Origin: a virus
Lineage: Duplodnaviria; Caudoviricetes
Virus record (IMG/VR): IMGVR_UViG_3300031555_004710
Location: 96,001 to 160,000 of that record
DNA: 64,000 nt
Direction: 5' to 3' (one strand)
The position numbers were made by a program, and so were the translations under genes. Shown piece after piece: positions 59,260 through 64,000 of the stretch (the stretch's first letter is position 1; each line of letters opens with the position of its first letter). The notes below the pieces were generated by a model. The model saw nothing but the letters and a program-made list of their open reading frames with translations. It had not been told where the DNA came from and ran no database searches.

Positions 59260-60153
59260 ATGTCATTAGTTGAACTTTGTAGCAGCAACTATAATCATTT
59301 AAAATTAGACACTTTTGGAAAGAAATATTACCAACAATTTAACGGAAATAAGATTATCTGTGAGGAATGCGCGACAGTATATATCAATGATGTTGCTAAT
59401 AAGTTAACAGAAATTATCACTAGATATCTTGAGAGAATAAATATGAAAGATTTAGTATTAAGAGGTGATATTTATCGTGAGGAAGAATTAAATATCATTA
59501 CTAACGCAGCTATTCACGATTATATGCAATATATATTACCAATTAAATTCTCTATAAAAACTAAATTATTCTACGAAGAATATGTTTCAAATATAGAAGA
59601 TGAATATGAAGATAATTTATATAAGCTTGCAAGAGTTAATATAGAATCTATTAATTGTGTTGACCAATTTCCAGTATTTAATATGATATTGGATTTAAGA
59701 AGTATTGACACTACTGAGAGTATTAATGATGCTATTAAACAATACATATCCTCATACGTCGATTTATTATACTATGAACTAACAGATGAAGTAGTAAAAA
59801 TATTAATGACTCATTCTCCTAAAGAATATACTTCTACAGCATCATGTTCATGTTCTTCATCAGCACAGCAGTGTATTAGTTGTAATAGTTCCACAGTAAG
59901 TGAAAGCTATGTGTATAATAATAGGCATTTTTGTTTAAATTGTATGTACGATATAGTTGTAAATTTAGCAAAAGAAAATAACATTACTGATGAAGTTGGA
60001 TTAAGTATAGATAACCAATCATCAAATTCTACCAATTATGCAATAGTTAATACACCTGAGTGGAAAAGAACTGTTATTTCAAAATATCAAGCAAAAATGA
60101 GTTCGTTAGGAATTCCAATAAATATTACACATTATACAATGACTTTAAATTAA
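59260..60153 (+). CDS. Cys-rich (Zn-finger) late protein
   Basis: CEEC, CISC, CLNC; AACA-N6-TA at 59220. Confidence 0.7.
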   Translation: MSLVELCSSNYNHLKLDTFGKKYYQQFNGNKIICEECATVYINDVANKLTEIITRYLERINMKDLVLRGDIYREEELNIITNAAIHDYMQYILPIKFSIKTKLFYEEYVSNIEDEYEDNLYKLARVNIESINCVDQFPVFNMILDLRSIDTTESINDAIKQYISSYVDLLYYELTDEVVKILMTHSPKEYTSTASCSCSSSAQQCISCNSSTVSESYVYNNRHFCLNCMYDIVVNLAKENNITDEVGLSIDNQSSNSTNYAIVNTPEWKRTVISKYQAKMSSLGIPINITHYTMTLN

Positions 60154-60357
60154 ATGAAAAGATAAAAGATAGTAGACATTTCTGTCTACTATCTTTTACA
60201 CGATTTAATGATTTAAAAAATAACGGGGTGATACTCATTGATGAGCATTCGACTTATTTTTATGTTATATACGAAAATAAAAAATAACGTATATTCGAGA
60301 TATTTTAATAATGTATTATTTATGTGAATAATAATAAATAACGAGGTGATAAAATGT

Positions 60358-60504
60358 ATGCATTGGCCATTTAATTATCCAGGAGATGAATATAATACAA
60401 ACGTATTTAATCAAGTAATCATCTTATTAGAAGATGTAAAAGATAAGACAATTGAATTTATTGATGAAATTAAGGAGGGAATTAAAAATGATAAGACTAA
60501 TTGA
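60358..60504 (+). CDS. Small early protein (48 aa, not in ORF track)
   Basis: Early motif at 60312, RBS gaggtga; MHWPFNYPGDEYNTNVFNQVIILLEDVKDKTIEFIDEIKEGIKNDKTN. Confidence 0.5.
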   Translation: MHWPFNYPGDEYNTNVFNQVIILLEDVKDKTIEFIDEIKEGIKNDKTN

Positions 60505-60565
60505 CTTAGCTGTAAAAATCTATATTGCATATCTTTTGTATAAACTAGTTAAAAAATATTTATAA
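60488..60565 (+). CDS. 25-aa hydrophobic micropeptide (not in ORF track)
   Basis: RBS aaggaggg; MIRLIDLAVKIYIAYLLYKLVKKYL. Confidence 0.5.
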   Translation: MIRLIDLAVKIYIAYLLYKLVKKYL

Positions 60566-60582
60566 TTTGGGAGGAATTACAA

Positions 60583-60780
60583 ATGAAAAAAAGTATTAAA
60601 GTAGTTGGAAATTTATGTTGGATATTAATGTTTATTATCACCGTTATAATTATATCTTGGGCTATTATAAGTTATTTTAACATTATATTTAGTAACAGAT
60701 CAATCGCTGGAGCTTTTGATAGACTTTGGGATTGGAATCTCTTTAAAGTTCTTGTAAATTTAGGAACACAATTAAATTAA
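60583..60780 (+). CDS. Small membrane protein
   Basis: RBS ggagg; TM helix. Confidence 0.7.
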   Translation: MKKSIKVVGNLCWILMFIITVIIISWAIISYFNIIFSNRSIAGAFDRLWDWNLFKVLVNLGTQLN

Positions 60781-60861
60781 AAGAAAGATGATATCATCTT
60801 TCTTTTTTTTTGTGTATTTTTTAGTTTTCGTTTTGATAATATTATAAAAATATATAAAAAG

Positions 60862-61359
60862 GTGGTAAAAAATATGGATTTCCCAATAATCAACAATGAA
60901 GAAAAAGATAGTGCATGTGTAATTCTTGTAAAGTACTCAGACCCAGAATTTCCAACACTACAGATTAATAAGAACGGTGATTGGATAGATATTAAATGTG
61001 TAAAAGATTATCATATTAAGAAAGGAACTTCTGAACTTATTGATTTAGGTGTTGCAATGAAGCTTCCTGAAGGATATGAAGCATGGTTAGTTCCTAGAAG
61101 TGGGACATTTAAAAAATATGGTTTAATACAAACTAATGGTATCGGAATTATTGATAACTCTTATAGTGGCAATGACGATATTTGGAGAATGCCAGTACAT
61201 GCACTAGATAGAGATGCCGATATTGCAAAAGGTGAAAGATTGTGTCAGTTTAGATTAGTACCGACAATGAAAACTGTAAATAGATTAGGTGTTTCTTTTA
61301 CAGAAGTTTCTAATTTAGATGAGACTAATCGTGGTGGATTTGGGTCTACCGGTAGATAA
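60862..61359 (+). CDS. dut: dUTPase (trimeric type)
   Basis: DWIDI, PRSG, GIIDNSYSG, QFR, RGGFGSTG. Confidence 0.92.
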   Translation: MVKNMDFPIINNEEKDSACVILVKYSDPEFPTLQINKNGDWIDIKCVKDYHIKKGTSELIDLGVAMKLPEGYEAWLVPRSGTFKKYGLIQTNGIGIIDNSYSGNDDIWRMPVHALDRDADIAKGERLCQFRLVPTMKTVNRLGVSFTEVSNLDETNRGGFGSTGR

Positions 61360-61416
61360 TTAATATTATGATATTTGGAGTTTTGATTTTCAATCTCCAA
61401 ATATCATTTTTAATCA

Positions 61417-61432
61417 TATATTATTATTTTGA
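61417..61432 (+). promoter_or_regulatory. Early-type promoter
   Basis: TATATTATtatttTGA upstream of ligA. Confidence 0.65.
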
Positions 61433-61460
61433 TAATAAGATAGGAAGAAGGTAATTAATT

Positions 61461-63476
61461 ATGACTGATATTAAATTTAAATCACTATGGGAAAAGGTTT
61501 TGAGTGAAGAATTGTTTGTAGACGATATTGCTCATTACAAAGAGGATTTTAATAATTATGCTATTAAAATTATTTCTGGGAAAGTTTCTCCATCAGACCC
61601 AGAATTAGAAGCATTTATTAGACTATGTAATGATGTCTACACTTATTCACTTGATGGAGAAGTTCTAATACCAGATTCAATATATGACCAATGTATGCAA
61701 GTATATAAATCAAATGGAAATGATACAATTGTATTTGCAGATGTAATTGGTAAGAAGAAATGGAATTTTGTTAAGCATGATATAACTGGAGTAGTTGGTA
61801 CTATACAGAAAATTTATAATTATAAAGAATTGAAAAACTATCTTTCTAAATATATAGGTGTTAATAAGTTTATATTAGCACCAAAATATGATGGTGTATC
61901 ATGTGGAATTAAAGTTGAAAATGGAAAAATCATATCTGCTGCAACTAGGTATGACGGAATAATGGGACAGGATATTACAGAGCTTGTCAAAAGAGCAAAG
62001 AATAGTAAAAACTTCATATTTCCAGAGCATCAAGATGGGTATTATAAATGTGAATTATGTGTTGGTACAGATGAGTTTAATGAGCTGATTAAATTAAAGA
62101 GATACACAAATCGACGTTCAGCTACATCAGGTATCATTAATACTCCTACTAATATAAATTATGCAGAATTTGTTACAATAATACCACTGATAGTATATGA
62201 CAATAAAAGAAAAGAGATGCATCACGTTGCTCCATATCAGAAAACGGTATCTTACTATTCCCCATCAGATTTAATGGATGATATTGAAGAAATGCTAGAG
62301 AATATTCGTTCTAAAGACTTTCAATTTAGAGTAGATGGAGTTGTTATAAATCCAGATAGAACTAAATTACCAGACCCAAATGAATACGATTTAATGGATA
62401 ACAGCGTTGCATTCAAAATTAATACTGCTGAAGGAAAAACAAAAATATTATATGGATATATGAGCGTTGGTAGACTAGGTAAAGCTGTACCAATGCTAAA
62501 AGTTTCTCCAGTTGAAGTAAATGAAACTATTGTGGAAGATGTTAGTCTTGGCTCATATGATAAATTCTTATCAATGGATTTAAAAGAGGATGAAGAAGTA
62601 ATAGTATTCTCTGCAGGCGATGTAATTCCACAAATTAAATTACCAGCTATTAGAGCAAATATATATAATTCTCCAGATTTAAAGATTCATAGAGTTTGTC
62701 CATATTGTAACGAGAAATTGACAAGAATTAATACCGAATACTATTGTATGAATGATGATTGTATTCGAATTATAAGTGGTAGAATTTCTAATTTCTTAAT
62801 TAAGATGGGAATCGAAGGATTCTCAGATAAATCCGTAGAAATGATTTATGAAGGTTTACACATTAAATCTATTTATGATTTCTTAAATCTAACAGCAGAC
62901 AGAATTATGAAAGTAGATGGATTTGATATAAGCTCATCTACAACTTTAGAAAATGAACTTAAGAGAATCAAAAATACTCCAGTTTCAGTTTCAAAATTCT
63001 TTGGAGCTTTAGGTATCGATAAGATATCAGAAAAGAAATGTAGAAAGATTTTTGAATATGTAAATATCGAGGATTTATTATCTGGAAAGGATAAGAAGTT
63101 AGATAAAATATTCTGGCAACTTCAGTGTTCTGATGGAATTGGAGCAAAAACTGCTAGAGCATTCATTGATTATATCAAAGATCATCTAGATGAAATTAAT
63201 GATTTGCTATCAGTGATAAAAATAACTGGAAATATTAAATATAAAGCAAATGTTGTATTTACAGGATTTAGACCTAGTAGCGATATTGAATCTAGATTTA
63301 ATAATGTAGGTATTGAAGTTGCAAATAGTGTTTCTAGTAGTACAGTTGCGGTAATTACTGCATCAACTGAAAGTAATAGCGGAAAATCAAAAGCTGCAAT
63401 ATCTAAAGGAATTCCAATTATACATGCATCTAGATTAGAAGAATTCTTAGAAGATATTGAGTCAAAGGAAATTTAA
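61461..63476 (+). CDS. ligA: NAD-dependent DNA ligase
   Basis: IPDSIYD, PKYDG, TRYDG, VDGVV, VAFK, AGDVIP, CPYC..C..C Zn finger, HhH, BRCT (VVFTG). Confidence 0.93.
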   Translation: MTDIKFKSLWEKVLSEELFVDDIAHYKEDFNNYAIKIISGKVSPSDPELEAFIRLCNDVYTYSLDGEVLIPDSIYDQCMQVYKSNGNDTIVFADVIGKKKWNFVKHDITGVVGTIQKIYNYKELKNYLSKYIGVNKFILAPKYDGVSCGIKVENGKIISAATRYDGIMGQDITELVKRAKNSKNFIFPEHQDGYYKCELCVGTDEFNELIKLKRYTNRRSATSGIINTPTNINYAEFVTIIPLIVYDNKRKEMHHVAPYQKTVSYYSPSDLMDDIEEMLENIRSKDFQFRVDGVVINPDRTKLPDPNEYDLMDNSVAFKINTAEGKTKILYGYMSVGRLGKAVPMLKVSPVEVNETIVEDVSLGSYDKFLSMDLKEDEEVIVFSAGDVIPQIKLPAIRANIYNSPDLKIHRVCPYCNEKLTRINTEYYCMNDDCIRIISGRISNFLIKMGIEGFSDKSVEMIYEGLHIKSIYDFLNLTADRIMKVDGFDISSSTTLENELKRIKNTPVSVSKFFGALGIDKISEKKCRKIFEYVNIEDLLSGKDKKLDKIFWQLQCSDGIGAKTARAFIDYIKDHLDEINDLLSVIKITGNIKYKANVVFTGFRPSSDIESRFNNVGIEVANSVSSSTVAVITASTESNSGKSKAAISKGIPIIHASRLEEFLEDIESKEI

Positions 63477-63540
63477 TACGTATATTGTTATTTTGATAAA
63501 AATAATATTATAACTTTTTAAAAAGGAAAGGTGATACTTA

Positions 63541-64000
63541 ATGCAAAATGATATTAGAATTGGAATGGATACTAGTAGTGGAAGTGCATATGGAAAATTA
63601 TTTGTAATTCCTCAGGATCCAAGTGACAGAGAATTTTTATTATCAGTCGACAGAAGAGCAAGAGCTGAATTAAATCGTATCTATGGAATTTTAGTAGATT
63701 ATGATTGGCAGGCTAACACAATCGCAAATAGCGTAATTGAAACACTAATTACTGATTTGGCATTTATGCTTAAGAATGGAGCAAATAATGGAATCGGTAT
63801 TGAATTTTATGACATTATAAAAGCTATAGTTTCTATAAAGACTAATGAAAAAGCTGAAAAGGAAGGAAATATAAATATTTATTTTGAACCTGGTGCTAAA
63901 GCAATTTCCTTAATAGAAAATGGTCCAGATAAAATTGAGTATGAAGAGAAGGTTGATCCTGCTACTCGATTCTTAACTGGAGACCCTGCTGAAGATGATC
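63541..64000 (+). CDS. Hypothetical protein (3'-truncated)
   Basis: RBS aaggtga, early motif TATATTGT-N5-TGA at 63481; open to the window end (MQNDIRIGMDTSSG..EKEGNINI). Confidence 0.75.
   Translation, partial: MQNDIRIGMDTSSGSAYGKLFVIPQDPSDREFLLSVDRRARAELNRIYGILVDYDWQANTIANSVIETLITDLAFMLKNGANNGIGIEFYDIIKAIVSIKTNEKAEKEGNINIYFEPGAKAISLIENGPDKIEYEEKVDPATRFLTGDPAEDD

Noticed and set aside
60060-60287. 75-aa plus-strand ORF
   Set aside because: It overlaps the end of 59260..60153, runs through a terminator and has no RBS.
1-64000. Alternative genetic code (stop-codon reassignment)
   Set aside because: Conserved genes are full length under code 11, and TAA, TAG and TGA all act as stops.

Overview
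64 kb segment of a very AT-rich jumbo myophage genome of the phiKZ/AR9(PBS1)-like type. The host is probably an anaerobic Bacillota, judging by the strong GGAGG/GGTGA ribosome-binding sites, a clostridial-type nrdD-nrdG pair and an LL-H-family holin. Replication and nucleotide-metabolism genes include gyrB, gyrA, DnaB, a Dda/RecD-like helicase, SbcD/Mre11, a PD-(D/E)xK exonuclease, RNase H, nrdD/nrdG, dUTPase, an NAD-dependent ligase and a DHH phosphoesterase. Also present are a GroEL-like chaperonin, baseplate and virion proteins, two holin-like genes and many hypotheticals. Two phage promoter classes can be read from the intergenic DNA: early-type TATATTAT-N5-TG and late-type AACA-N6-TA, and many bidirectional hairpin terminators are present. 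The most notable observations are: (1) a ~760-nt ORF-free, heavily base-paired transcription unit at ~1790-2555, bounded by a late promoter and a terminator, a candidate new large ornate ncRNA; (2) a stand-alone, apparently splicing-dead Hint (intein) domain gene directly after nrdD-nrdG; (3) an early-promoter-driven tRNA-like RNA with a 5-nt anticodon loop and no CCA; (4) an early operon pairing a protein kinase with a minimal family-B-like polymerase; (5) candidate small RNAs with anti-Shine-Dalgarno-like tracts; and (6) several catalytically dead enzyme folds. All assignments come from motif recognition by eye; no database searches were run.
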